Notes: generated from the sequence alone by a model not told the origin. A stretch of DNA of 64,000 bases from Bacteroidota bacterium (GCA_027483445.1 JAIXUS010000078.1:24792-88791), one strand, 5' to 3'. Counted from the first letter of the stretch, positions 29,809 through 40,312 are shown. A program made the numbers and translations.

Positions 29809-30282
29809 TTATTCAATCGAGAGCTTGCCAATCAGTTTCGGGAAATTCCCGGGATAGGTGCTAATGTAATTGAATGAACCCGAGGCCGGAGTGGTAAACT
29901 CAACCGATACACTGCTTCCGGAAGCGGCCAGCTCGGTGGCGGCAATTACATTTCTACCCGAGGGCACGTAATTGTTGTTCGACCCGGCGGCAATCGCGTC
30001 ATTCACCACTTCCTGACCAGTTCCCATATTCACCAACACCCAGTTCTGATAAATGTCGGTACTTTTCATCGCATTATTCAGGGTGAGCTTTACCTTCGAC
30101 TGCGCCGGAAGTGTAAGTCGGGCAGGCTCAAAGCGCATATCCGACATGCCCGACCCCAATACTTTAACCTCTACCTGATAAACGCCATTGGCATCTTTTT
30201 GCCATGTTTTATCACTCCCGCCGCAGGCAATCGCAAGGATTAACAGCGTAAAGAGTGGAATAATTCGTAAACGTTGCTGCAT
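29809..30282 (-). CDS. Azurin/auracyanin-like cupredoxin-fold lipoprotein lacking type-1 Cu ligands
   Basis: Lipobox LAIA-C; MRFEPARLTLPAQSKVKLTL, QNWVLV, SVEFTTP, YISTYPGNFPKLIGKL follow the azurin scaffold. Confidence 0.8.
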   Translation of the reverse strand: MQQRLRIIPLFTLLILAIACGGSDKTWQKDANGVYQVEVKVLGSGMSDMRFEPARLTLPAQSKVKLTLNNAMKSTDIYQNWVLVNMGTGQEVVNDAIAAGSNNNYVPSGRNVIAATELAASGSSVSVEFTTPASGSFNYISTYPGNFPKLIGKLSIE

Positions 30283-30593
30283 GGTTGTATAATCTGTTGC
30301 AATATCTGATAAAATATGATTGCTCAAATCTACATTTTAGAATTGATTTGAAATGTAATCTATCCTATACTGAATCAGTCATTTGAATCGATGTTTCCCT
30401 GTTTTAACACAGTATTTATTGCCATAAACCTAGCCCGTTGTTGTCCTCATTCCTTACAATAGATTCCATAAGGTCATCAACAATTACCTTTAGAATTGGC
30501 CTAAACCTGTAAACCGGGTTGCCTCACATTCAATTTTTTCTCACTTTTAGCCATCCCTTTCGCTACAAAAGGCATCCGCCAAATCAAACTAAT

Positions 30594-32492
30594 ATGTACA
30601 CTCACCGAATTCGATCTTCTGAGGACTACTACTCGGCTATAACGCAAAGTCGGGAAAATCCCGAAGCATTCTGGGCCGCCGTGGCCTCTAACCTTCATTG
30701 GCAAAAGCCCTGGGAGAAGGTTCTCAATTGGAATTTCGACCCTTACGCTGTGCATTGGTTCGAGGGCGGAAAGTTGAATATTACCGAGAGTTGCCTCGAC
30801 CGCCACCTGGCCGAACGCGGCAATCACACCGCCCTGTTATTTGAGCCCAACGACCCGAAAGACAGAGCCCGCCGCATCAGCTACAACGAGCTGTTTATGG
30901 AAGTGTGCCGATTTGCCAACGTGCTCAAACGCAATGGAGTGCGAAAAGGCGACCGCGTTTGCATTTACATGCCTATGATTCCCGCCTTGGCTGTGGCCAC
31001 CTTGGCCTGTGCCCGAATTGGGGCCATCCACTCGGTGGTCTTTGCCGGCTTCTCTGCCCAATCGATGGCCGACCGCATCAACGACGCCGGCTGCATTGTA
31101 GTGGTTACCGCCGATGGCATGAGCCGCGGTGCCAAGCAGTTGCCGCTCAAACGAACCGTCGACGAAGCCCTCGAGCATTGCGACACCGTTTCGCGCGTAA
31201 TCGTTTACAATCACTTGGATTGGCAACCCGAAATGCTCGATGGTCGCGATGTTTATTGGCACAACGAACTCGAACATGTCGACAGTCACTGCCCGGCCGA
31301 ATCCATGGATTCAGAAGACCCGCTATTTATTCTCTACACCTCAGGCTCTACCGGCAAACCCAAAGGCGTAGTGCATACCACCGGCGGCTACGCAACTTAC
31401 GTCGACTACAGCTTCCGCAACGTGTTTCAAGTAGAGCCCAACGATGTTTACTGGTGTACTGCCGATATCGGCTGGATTACCGGTCACAGCTACTTACTCT
31501 ACGGTCCGCTCATGTCGGGCATCACCAGCCTTATGTTCGAAGGCATTCCCACATGGCCCGATGCCGGCCGCTTCTGGTCGGTCATCGACAAGCATGGCGT
31601 AACCGTATTTTACACCGCGCCAACCGCCATTCGTTCGCTGATGGCTGCCGGCATTGATCACGTTTTGCCCTACAACCTTCATTCACTCAGAGTTTTAGGT
31701 TCGGTAGGAGAGCCCATCAACGAAGAGGCCTGGCATTGGTACCACGTGCATGTGGGCAAAGAAAGATGCCCGGTAGTCGACACCTGGTGGCAAACCGAAA
31801 CCGGCGGCATCATGATTTCTGCCCTGGCCGGCGTAACGCCCTCTAAACCAGCCCATGCGGGTTTGCCCTTGCCGGGTATTCAAACCGTGTTGCTCAATCA
31901 GGAAGGAAAAGAAATTGAAGGCAACGACCAGGAAGGCTACTTGGCGGTCAAATTCCCTTGGCCGTCGATGATTCGCACCACCTGGGGCGACCATGAGCGC
32001 TGCTATCAGACTTATTTTACGGCCTACAAGGGGTATTACTTTACCGGCGATGGCGCAAGGCGCGATGAACAGGGTATGTACCGCATTATTGGCCGTGTTG
32101 ATGATGTAATTAATGTATCAGGCCACCGCTTCGGAACGGCCGAAATTGAAAATGCCATTAACCTGAATAAATCGGTAGTCGAAAGTGCCGTTGTGGGTTA
32201 CCCGCACGACATTAAAGGTCAGGGCATTTACGCCTTTGTGATTTGCGAAAAATTACCGGAGCACCCCGAATATCTGCGCGAAGAGATTTACGAAACGGTG
32301 AGCACCGCCATCGGTCGTATTGCCAAGCCCGATAAAATTCAGTTTGTTTCCGGCTTGCCCAAAACGCGCTCAGGAAAAATCATGCGCCGAATTTTACGCA
32401 AAGTAGCCGAGGGCGATTTGAGCAACCTCGGCGATACCACCACCTTACTCGACCCGCTGATTGTGGATGAGATTGTGGAGGGGAAAGTGTAA
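30594..32492 (+). CDS. acs: Acetyl-CoA synthetase (AMP-forming)
   Basis: YTSGSTGKPKG, DTWWQTETGG, GDGARRD, LPKTRSGKIMRRILRK. Confidence 0.97.
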   Translation: MYTHRIRSSEDYYSAITQSRENPEAFWAAVASNLHWQKPWEKVLNWNFDPYAVHWFEGGKLNITESCLDRHLAERGNHTALLFEPNDPKDRARRISYNELFMEVCRFANVLKRNGVRKGDRVCIYMPMIPALAVATLACARIGAIHSVVFAGFSAQSMADRINDAGCIVVVTADGMSRGAKQLPLKRTVDEALEHCDTVSRVIVYNHLDWQPEMLDGRDVYWHNELEHVDSHCPAESMDSEDPLFILYTSGSTGKPKGVVHTTGGYATYVDYSFRNVFQVEPNDVYWCTADIGWITGHSYLLYGPLMSGITSLMFEGIPTWPDAGRFWSVIDKHGVTVFYTAPTAIRSLMAAGIDHVLPYNLHSLRVLGSVGEPINEEAWHWYHVHVGKERCPVVDTWWQTETGGIMISALAGVTPSKPAHAGLPLPGIQTVLLNQEGKEIEGNDQEGYLAVKFPWPSMIRTTWGDHERCYQTYFTAYKGYYFTGDGARRDEQGMYRIIGRVDDVINVSGHRFGTAEIENAINLNKSVVESAVVGYPHDIKGQGIYAFVICEKLPEHPEYLREEIYETVSTAIGRIAKPDKIQFVSGLPKTRSGKIMRRILRKVAEGDLSNLGDTTTLLDPLIVDEIVEGKV

Positions 32493-32503
32493 ATTGTCCG
32501 GTC

Positions 32504-33031
32504 ATGAACATTCGGCAAATGTTGGTGCTGACATCCATTTTGGGATTGTCGCTTATGGTTTTAGGCCAGAAAGCCCTGCCACGGCCGTTTTACCGGAACC
32601 AGATTGCATTGCAGTTGGGGTTTGGTCAGACCAGCGCACCCGGTGTAGTGTTTCCGTTTTCCTCGGGTTTTGGCGCTTATGTGCGCCGTGATCGGCATGC
32701 TTTAGGATTTCGCCAGGATTACCACACGGAGCTGGAAATTTTCAAGGAGGCCACCTTTTACCGCTTTAGGTCGGTGTACTATGGAAATGCCTGGGTGCTC
32801 AAAAACACGGTGTTGATGCCGCAATTGGGAATTGGCAGCTTTAAATCGAATTTTCCTACCGGGCAGAACCGGGAATATTCCGGACTGGCCGCTGAAATTG
32901 GCATTGAAGGTTCGTGGCTGAACCGTGGTAATGGAATTGGCGCCCGGGTGTTTTTCAATTGGAATAAGCCACAGCCTTATGTTGGCTTGCACATAATGCT
33001 CAATCTCGGTTACAGTTGGATGAAGCAATAA
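32504..33031 (+). CDS. Hypothetical protein, probable outer-membrane beta-barrel
   Basis: Signal peptide, then alternating hydrophobic/Gly strands with an aromatic C-terminus. Confidence 0.55.
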   Translation: MNIRQMLVLTSILGLSLMVLGQKALPRPFYRNQIALQLGFGQTSAPGVVFPFSSGFGAYVRRDRHALGFRQDYHTELEIFKEATFYRFRSVYYGNAWVLKNTVLMPQLGIGSFKSNFPTGQNREYSGLAAEIGIEGSWLNRGNGIGARVFFNWNKPQPYVGLHIMLNLGYSWMKQ

Positions 33032-33222
33032 TGCTGCAGTTCGGAGCCTGATGTTGTTTCCGGTGCAGATCTGAATTTCCGCCTAAATTTTATTCATACA
33101 AACAAGGCACTTAAAAGTATTCCTTGCGGTTTTAATCATTCAACCGAAAGCCAATATTGATCAAGGATTTGCTTTTTAAGGTTGCGATTTCCGGTTAGCA
33201 TTAACAATTCTGTTTGTTTTTT

Positions 33223-33372
33223 GGGCGTTCCGGCCCGCTCAGTTCCATTTCCAAATAAAACCCACGGGGGCCGTCGCGCTTTCCGCTGCAAGTCCTCGCG
33301 CCTCCGCTCCCTTCGGCTTCGCTCAGGGAACGGCTGCGCCGCTGTGGGCTTTGCGCTGCAATCGCTAACGTG
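33223..33372. repeat. Composite REP-like palindromic element
   Basis: GGGCGTTCC...GTCGCGCTTTCCGCTGCAAGTCCTCG...GCTGTGGGCTTTGCGCTGCAATCGCTAACG scaffold (internal direct repeat CTTT[C/G]CGCTGCAA) with a nested CCCTTCGGCTTCGCTCAGGG unit at 33309-33328. Confidence 0.65.
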
Positions 33373-33521
33373 GCCCTACGTTATTTTTTTAATGGATAGG
33401 TTTATCTGTCAGCATTGCGTATCTGTTGCAAAGACCACGTAATCAATGTATTTTAAGATTTCTCTTTTTCACCGTTTTTCTCAGAAAAACCATAACTTCG
33501 AGCCATAACCATTAAGTCTGC

Positions 33522-36212
33522 GTGCTTCCGGCCATCAATTTTCGCCTTGTTATTTTCGCTGTACTTCTTCAATGCTGCGGCATTCTAGGTGCGCAAGACG
33601 ACTTTCAATTGATTGGTAGCGGAAGTCAGGCCAACCTAGGGAACAATTGTTTCAGGCTCACACAAGCGGTAAATGGTTCATTTGGGGCAGTTTGGTATCG
33701 ATGGCAAGCAGACCTGAACCAGGACTTTGACCTGAATGCCAACCTTAACTTTGGCTTTAACGATTTCGGAGCCGATGGCATCGTCTTCGCCTTTCAGAAC
33801 CTGTGTACCAATGTGGGTTCTACGGGCGGCGGAATGGGAATTGCCGGCGTTAATCCTTCGCTGTTCGTGGAATTCGACACCTTTGAAAATCCAGAGAACG
33901 GCGATTTGGCCGATGACCACATCGGAATCATGAGTGATGGGATTTTGTTTCACACCGGCCCGAGTTCTCTCGCGGCTCCTGTGTGTGCGACGCCGAATTG
34001 CGACAATATCGAAAGTGGTATCGATTACCCTGTGCGCATTCATTGGCAGGCGGCCATTCAAAAGCTCGATGTGTATTTCAATGGCATTCTGCGCTGTTCC
34101 TACACAGGCGATGTTATCAATACCATATTCAATGGAAACCCACTTGTGTATTGGGGATTTACTGCTGCAACCGGAGGATTTAACAATAGCCATACAGTTT
34201 GCGTTAACACCTTTAACAACAACCAAATACAGCCTGCCGATACCACTTGGTGCGCGAACCAACCCATCTCCTTTAGTGTGGGAAATCCTGTTCCTAACGT
34301 TACGTACCAATGGCAGGTGAGCACCGATGGCGGAACCACCTTCAGCAACCTCAGTAATTCGGCTATTTACAGTGGAGTAACCACGCCAACTTTAGTGCTT
34401 AACAATGCACCCAACACTTTGATTGGAAACTTCTACCAGGTGGTTATTACAGGTTGCGGAGGACAAACCACGAGCGAGCCTGCTGAAATCCTACCCGGGC
34501 AGGTCATCACCATAACTCAACAACCTGCAAACCAAGATGTTTGTGAGGATACACCGGTAACACTTACTGTAGCCTCTCCTGAGGCCACCACGTTTCAGTG
34601 GCAGGAACTGGTGGGCGGAAATTGGTTGAATTTGACTGATGATGTCATCCTCGGCTTTGCCGGAACCCTTACGCCCAGTTTAAGCCTTAGTGGACAGGCA
34701 ACTTCAGCCGGAATTCGCGTGTATCGATGCTTGCTTTTGGCCGATTGCAGTGCGGAAACATTTAGTAATCAGGTTACTGTTACCCACACGGCGGGGCCAT
34801 CTATAACTAACCAAACGATTGACCAAACGGTTTGCCTTGGCAACGATGCCGGGTTTTCAATCAACGCGTCCGGACCGGGTTTAAGCTACCAATGGCAAAT
34901 GAGCACTGATGGCGGGGTTAGCTTCGTTAATTTGGTGAACAATGCCCAATTCAATCAGGTTGATGCCGATTTTTTGATAATTCTCGGTGCCACGGCCGGC
35001 CTTCATAACGCGCTTTTTCGCTGTCAGGTGAGCGGAACATGTGGAACGCCCATCACCACGAATCCTTCGACACTATTTGTGTTAAATCCACCGGCATTTG
35101 TGGTACAAGCCCTTTCTGCTGAGGCCTGTATTGGGAGCGAGGTTCAGTTTGTGGCAGCGGTGAGTGGCACGGCTACATGGCAATGGGAATATAGCACCGA
35201 CAATGGTTTAACGTTTCAAAACCTTCAGAATGGCGCGCCCTTTTCGGGAGCAACGTCGCCAACTCTTACAATTAACCCGGTTTCCGGCGCAATGCAGGGC
35301 TGGGTGTTTCGGGCTGCGGTTTCGGGCTGTGGTCTTTCAATAATCGGCAATGCGGCAAGTCTAAACCTGTTGCCCGAGTTAACCATTGAGCCAATTCCCA
35401 CCGAACTAACGCGATGCGAAGGGGCCTCGGTGCAAGTGTTTGTGCAGGCGCTCAATGCCAATGCTTACCAGTGGGAAGTCAACACTGGCAGTGGCTTTAG
35501 TCCACTTCCCAACACCAGCGAAATTAGTGGAGAAACCACAGCCGGAGTGCTCATTACCAATCTTCCGGCTTCATGGCACAGGGCTCAAATTCGTTGTCGG
35601 ATTGTGGGCGAATGCGCAACCCTGTACAGCAGTATTCTAACCTTGAATGTGAACGGGCTTCCGGTGTTACTGGCAGAGCCCGATCCAATTCCAGTTTGCT
35701 CCGGGAGTTCTACTACGCTGGCTATACAATCGTCGGGTGTGGGAATTCAATTTCAGTGGGAAATCCTTGATGCTACCGGAGAGTTTGTGCCATTGGAGAA
35801 GAATGGATTCATTGGTGTTTCTTCATCTGTGCTGTCGATAGAAACCCAGGCCGATATGGATGGGCTCTTGTTGCGTTGTGTGCTCAGTGGCTGCGATGCA
35901 GAGGTGTTTACTGACACCATTCGACTGAATGTGCTCGAAAATGAGCCGGTGTATTTGCCCAATTCCTTTAGTCCGAACGAAGACCAACTTAACTCTGAAT
36001 TTCAGTTGTTTACAGCCGGGAACCCACAAATAGAGGCCTCTATTTTTAACCGTTGGGGCGAAGTTGTACACCGTTGGACGGATGCGAAGCTGGGTTGGGA
36101 TGGTAAGGTTAATGGGCAATTTGTGGCCGAGGGTGTTTATGCTTACAAAATTCGTGTGGAAACCGCCTGTGAAACCAAGACTTACACCGGCTTGGTTCAG
36201 GTGATTCGATGA
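33522..36212 (+). CDS. T9SS type-B (gliding-motility-associated CTD) protein with L-type lectin domain and tandem Ig-like domains
   Basis: GADGIVFAFQ...FVEFDT...YWGFTAATGG (legume lectin); repeated YQWQ.STDGG Ig units; LPNSFSPNED...FNRWGE CTD. Confidence 0.9.
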   Translation: MLPAINFRLVIFAVLLQCCGILGAQDDFQLIGSGSQANLGNNCFRLTQAVNGSFGAVWYRWQADLNQDFDLNANLNFGFNDFGADGIVFAFQNLCTNVGSTGGGMGIAGVNPSLFVEFDTFENPENGDLADDHIGIMSDGILFHTGPSSLAAPVCATPNCDNIESGIDYPVRIHWQAAIQKLDVYFNGILRCSYTGDVINTIFNGNPLVYWGFTAATGGFNNSHTVCVNTFNNNQIQPADTTWCANQPISFSVGNPVPNVTYQWQVSTDGGTTFSNLSNSAIYSGVTTPTLVLNNAPNTLIGNFYQVVITGCGGQTTSEPAEILPGQVITITQQPANQDVCEDTPVTLTVASPEATTFQWQELVGGNWLNLTDDVILGFAGTLTPSLSLSGQATSAGIRVYRCLLLADCSAETFSNQVTVTHTAGPSITNQTIDQTVCLGNDAGFSINASGPGLSYQWQMSTDGGVSFVNLVNNAQFNQVDADFLIILGATAGLHNALFRCQVSGTCGTPITTNPSTLFVLNPPAFVVQALSAEACIGSEVQFVAAVSGTATWQWEYSTDNGLTFQNLQNGAPFSGATSPTLTINPVSGAMQGWVFRAAVSGCGLSIIGNAASLNLLPELTIEPIPTELTRCEGASVQVFVQALNANAYQWEVNTGSGFSPLPNTSEISGETTAGVLITNLPASWHRAQIRCRIVGECATLYSSILTLNVNGLPVLLAEPDPIPVCSGSSTTLAIQSSGVGIQFQWEILDATGEFVPLEKNGFIGVSSSVLSIETQADMDGLLLRCVLSGCDAEVFTDTIRLNVLENEPVYLPNSFSPNEDQLNSEFQLFTAGNPQIEASIFNRWGEVVHRWTDAKLGWDGKVNGQFVAEGVYAYKIRVETACETKTYTGLVQVIR

Positions 36213-36244
36213 GTTTTCGCGAATTCAGTTTTGAATGGATTTGG

Positions 36245-36405
36245 TGCAAGGGTTTTAGTTGGGCTTTTTGAAATCTATGCATCAAAATTTTTCGTTAGCC
36301 AGAAATGCGCATCCACTTCGTTACCCGCGGCTCGCAGTATTCAATATACAGCTTCTCCTTGTCGCATCGCATCTGCCGCATTTCTGACTTTTCCAGTAGG
36401 CCCTA
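36245..36405 (+). mobile_element. MITE-like element copy A (left end lost or diverged)
   Basis: Shares TGCAAGGGTTTTA...AATTTTTCGTTAGCCAGAAATG...CTGCCGCATTTCTG with copies B and C; ends in the terminal repeat TTTTCCAGTAGGCCCTA. Confidence 0.75.
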
Positions 36406-37392
36406 TTTAATTTCTTCAATTCCATCCATTCCCACATATAAATCCTCAATAGAGGAGTTTTCAATGTCGTCATCCTCAGAATCATCATCTATTTCCGCTA
36501 GCCAATTTCTGCGCGGCATCCTGGGTGGCGCACCAAGTTGACCGAAAAAGTTGCAGAAGTAATCTATGCTGGCAGGTTCTTGTGCGGTAATCCTCAGCTG
36601 ACTTCCTTGTTGGTGTACAATTACCTTCATGTGTTCATTAAACAGCAAATACCTGTAAATGCCAACTTTTGCGTCTCTTGTTTTTTGCAGTACAAATTGC
36701 CATTTATTGCTGGTATCTAGTCGGCTTTCAACTTCACCAAACCAGTTCGGAAAATTCACTCCGCGGCTTGAATACAATTTAAAATTTGTATTTTCCGGTA
36801 ATTCCTGGACCCAATTGGGAAATACACCATCAATTGTGAGTTGCTTATTTCCCCGCGAAATTGTTAATGGCAAGCGACTGTAATCCCAAAGGGTGTTCAA
36901 TTCTTCTTTTTCAGGATTTGATAAACCCTCATAAATGAGAAAACGCCTTCTACGGGCATTTTCTTCGAAGGCCGAACCCATGCACTGGTAGCGATGTTTC
37001 TCCCATTTGCTGTCGGTAAATCCTTCAAAAATAAAACCCGATAACTTCAGAATGGAATTGTATATTTCAATTTCGAACCAACCCGGAAATTCATCTGAAA
37101 TATAGAATGGAAAAATCAAGGGTAGATAGGATTTCCCGATATCTACAAAATATTCGTACTCATATCTACTGATGGGTATCCAATGCGGATTAAAAAAAGC
37201 TTTTTCATCTCCGTCAATTTTGTCCAGAAGCTTAAGATATTGATCATGGTAGTGTATGATTTCCTGATCTGTAATGAAATTTCTAATAACCTCTGGCTTT
37301 TCGGGTAATTGTTCAATTCTTCTCAACGCACTGCCAATTAGTGCAATGCGTTGGTCAAATTCGGATTTGCTTAGTTTAATTGATGGGTGCAT
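36403..37392 (-). CDS. Hypothetical AT-rich protein (weak SMI1/KNR4-like WIPI...YFVD motif, acidic tail)
   Basis: 329-aa ORF, low GC; its stop TAG is the first triplet of the MITE terminal repeat. Confidence 0.6.
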   Translation of the reverse strand: MHPSIKLSKSEFDQRIALIGSALRRIEQLPEKPEVIRNFITDQEIIHYHDQYLKLLDKIDGDEKAFFNPHWIPISRYEYEYFVDIGKSYLPLIFPFYISDEFPGWFEIEIYNSILKLSGFIFEGFTDSKWEKHRYQCMGSAFEENARRRRFLIYEGLSNPEKEELNTLWDYSRLPLTISRGNKQLTIDGVFPNWVQELPENTNFKLYSSRGVNFPNWFGEVESRLDTSNKWQFVLQKTRDAKVGIYRYLLFNEHMKVIVHQQGSQLRITAQEPASIDYFCNFFGQLGAPPRMPRRNWLAEIDDDSEDDDIENSSIEDLYVGMDGIEEIK

Positions 37393-37416
37393 GAATCAAA
37401 TGTATTTATAAAACAC

Positions 37417-37462
37417 TAAAGGCTTGTTTGAAAATGCTTAAAAGTTTAGTTTATAGCACTTT
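37417..37462 (+). mobile_element. Degenerate left end of the same MITE family (copy E)
   Basis: TAAAGGCTTGTTTGAAAATGCTTAAAAGTTTAGTTTATAGCACTTT resembles TAGGGCTTACTGAAAAACACTCAGTAGTTTTATTTGTAGCACTTT of copy B. Confidence 0.45.
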
Positions 37463-37768
37463 AAAACTTATCCAGGTGTGAGCAGGTGTAAAAAATCAGT
37501 TTGGCAGCTGAGCAGCCATGGACGTTTGAATTATGAATGCTCAGTATTTATTGGTCAGCATTAAAGCCTTGGCTTTGTTTCCTGCATTCAATATACCGAT
37601 TTGCCTTATTGTCTTGCATTTTACGTATTATGACAATCAAAGTATGGCCTCATGAATCTAGCATAAGAAAAAATGTATGAGTTATTCAATTGTATAGATG
37701 AATTGTCAGATTTTCTTGCATAAACATGACGTTATTATTGTTGGTTTTTATTCGCATTGATTTTTTAA

Positions 37769-40312
37769 TTATAATTTAGGTAAGGTAAATGAAAATGTAC
37801 TTCCTATTCCGAGCTCACTTTTTACTTCAATTTTCCCATCGTGTTTTTCAATAATCTTTTTGCAAATCGCAAGACCAATTCCTGTTCCAGAGTATTCGTT
37901 TCTTTGGTGTAGTCGTTTGAAGGGAATATAAATTGTTTCGAAATGTTTTGGATCGATTCCAATACCGTTGTCGACAATGCTAAAGCGATGTTCTTCGCGA
38001 AGCTCTTCATATTGAATATTCACTGTAGGTAGGGGTTTATTGTTATATTTAATAGCATTTGAAATTAGATTGTCAAAAACCTGCTGCAATAAAGAACGGA
38101 TACACTTCACATTGGGCATAGGCGAAACAATAATTTGTACTCGTTTCTCGCGGATGGCCTGTTGGTAAACCAAGAGTGTATCGTGAATAATTTCGCGAAT
38201 GTTCGACTCGGTAAAATCTTCTTCGGAGGTTCCAATTCTGGAGTAATTGAGTAAGTCCTGAATAAGTCTTTTCATTCGATCGGCCCCATCAATGGCGAAG
38301 TTGATATACTGTTCAGAGCGCTCAGTCATGGTTACTTCTTTGCTGTTGAGCAGCAATTTCATGAATGAGGAAATCATTCGAAGTGGCTCTTGTAGGTCGT
38401 GCGAAACGATATAGGCAAACTGCTCCAGTTCTTTATTGAAGCCCAGTAGTTGCCGTGCTCTTTCCTGTAAAGCATTGTTGAGCTGCAAAAGCGATTCTTC
38501 GCTTTGTTTGAGGGCAGTGATGTCTTGCATCAAGCCAATTTGACGGATCGCATTTCCTTGAGAATCAAACAGAAAGATGCCTCTGTCGAGTACAAACTTA
38601 TAGCTTCCATCGGCATGTCGAAACTGGTACTCGTCGTTCCAAAGCCGTTCTTTCTGAAGCATGGCTGCGTTCAGATTGTTCATCACTCTTTCACGGTCTG
38701 ATGGATGCAGGAATTGTTCCCAGGCTTCTATTGTATCTCCGCTATTGAAAGGATGTCCAAAAACGCGTTCCAGTGAATCGCCCCAATCAATGGTGTTATT
38801 CTTTACGTCCCATTCATAAATGGCATCCTGTGCGGCTTGGCGCAGCAGCATAAATTTCTCGTTTTGGGTTCGGAGCTCTTCGTCGTATAGAACACGAATG
38901 GTGAGATCCTGACCGGCCGCATAAACGATTCCGTCTTGTTTTCCCAACGAAGCCGACCATTCCAACCAGAACCTGCGTCCATCTGCGCCGTGCATTACGG
39001 CCTCAAAATGAACAACAGGGGTAATTTGTAGCTGCTGGAAGGCATTGAGACCAACCTCTATATATTCTTCATCGATGCAATCGAAAAACGACTGACCTTT
39101 AAGGTCATCAGGGCTTTGCCCTAACAATTCGGCAAGGCGTTTATTGACTTTATAGAATTTTCCACTTTGATTGAGCACACATAAAAAATCAGGAACCAAT
39201 TCAAAAATCTGCTCGCTCTCGCTAGAAATACGCCGACTTTCAATATATGTCCCTAGTCTTCCCGAAAGCAATCGCAACAGCCGAATACCTAATAATTCAT
39301 TTACTTTTTCGGATTTTCCGAAGAAAAATAAACGGGCAATTTTTCGCTTTCCTAAACGAATCGGAATTGAATAACCACGGTCGAGGCCACATTCAAGGGT
39401 TATGTTTCGCCGCGGGAAGTCATCCAACAATAAGATATTTGAAACTTTTGCTATCTCTTCTGTGGGGTTTTCCTCTTCGTCCAGCAAATCTTCTAATGTG
39501 GAAGAAAAATCCTTGAATTTCCGATAATTCTGTCCTTCAGGATAGTGCCCGGTGAAGAGTTTTTCTTTCTTTTTAAAATAATCAGGAAGCCAGCATTCCG
39601 CAATTTCAAACTGAGTTTCGTTACAAATTCGCTGTAGGAATTGCTGAAGGTTGTTTCTGAAATCGTTTGGGTCTTCGAGAATAAATGACAACTCATCAAG
39701 CAACGTATCCAACCGTCGATCATCTTCTGCTTTGCTGATATCGCGGGCTAAACAGGCCAGTTGTTCTGAATCTTCCGACTGCAAGAATTCTAATTCGACA
39801 TGTTTGATGGTATTTCCGATAGCCTGAAGCTCTGCAGTAATTTCAGTCGAAGTACCCGGTAAAAGTCCTTCAATAACCTGCTTTAACCGAAATTTATCGG
39901 TTTCGGTGAAAAACTCAAATAGGCTATGATGTGCATTTTCAGATAAACCATAAAAGAGTCGAACGAAAGCGGCATTAGACTGGATGAGTTTTCCGTTTCG
40001 TTCGAGGATGGCAATGGGGAGTTGACTGTTTTTCCAGGTTGAAAAGAGTAGGGGACTTTCGTTTGAAGAAGCCATCCAAAACAAAACCCAATGATTATTT
40101 GGGTTTTGGAAGTTTTTCGTTTTCCAGCCCCGGTTGCGAAACCCGATTTCGAGTTCTGTTTGTGAGCTAAGGTTTTGGGGTAAATTATCTGTATTTGCCG
40201 AAAAAATTACCGGTGATGAATCCTCATTAATCCATACAAAAGCCCAATACTTAACGAGAGGATTGGCTATTTCCTTCAGCAGTTCGACCGGTATGCCTTG
40301 TGGGGAATTCAT
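37769..40312 (-). CDS. PAS/GAF sensor histidine kinase (HisKA-HATPase, no receiver)
   Basis: FAYIVSHDLQEPLRMI, NLISNAIKY, DNGIGI, GTGIGLAICKKI; PAS motifs (FLHPSDRERV, YQFRHADGSY). ATG 40312 overlaps the upstream TGA. Confidence 0.93.
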   Translation of the reverse strand: MNSPQGIPVELLKEIANPLVKYWAFVWINEDSSPVIFSANTDNLPQNLSSQTELEIGFRNRGWKTKNFQNPNNHWVLFWMASSNESPLLFSTWKNSQLPIAILERNGKLIQSNAAFVRLFYGLSENAHHSLFEFFTETDKFRLKQVIEGLLPGTSTEITAELQAIGNTIKHVELEFLQSEDSEQLACLARDISKAEDDRRLDTLLDELSFILEDPNDFRNNLQQFLQRICNETQFEIAECWLPDYFKKKEKLFTGHYPEGQNYRKFKDFSSTLEDLLDEEENPTEEIAKVSNILLLDDFPRRNITLECGLDRGYSIPIRLGKRKIARLFFFGKSEKVNELLGIRLLRLLSGRLGTYIESRRISSESEQIFELVPDFLCVLNQSGKFYKVNKRLAELLGQSPDDLKGQSFFDCIDEEYIEVGLNAFQQLQITPVVHFEAVMHGADGRRFWLEWSASLGKQDGIVYAAGQDLTIRVLYDEELRTQNEKFMLLRQAAQDAIYEWDVKNNTIDWGDSLERVFGHPFNSGDTIEAWEQFLHPSDRERVMNNLNAAMLQKERLWNDEYQFRHADGSYKFVLDRGIFLFDSQGNAIRQIGLMQDITALKQSEESLLQLNNALQERARQLLGFNKELEQFAYIVSHDLQEPLRMISSFMKLLLNSKEVTMTERSEQYINFAIDGADRMKRLIQDLLNYSRIGTSEEDFTESNIREIIHDTLLVYQQAIREKRVQIIVSPMPNVKCIRSLLQQVFDNLISNAIKYNNKPLPTVNIQYEELREEHRFSIVDNGIGIDPKHFETIYIPFKRLHQRNEYSGTGIGLAICKKIIEKHDGKIEVKSELGIGSTFSFTLPKL

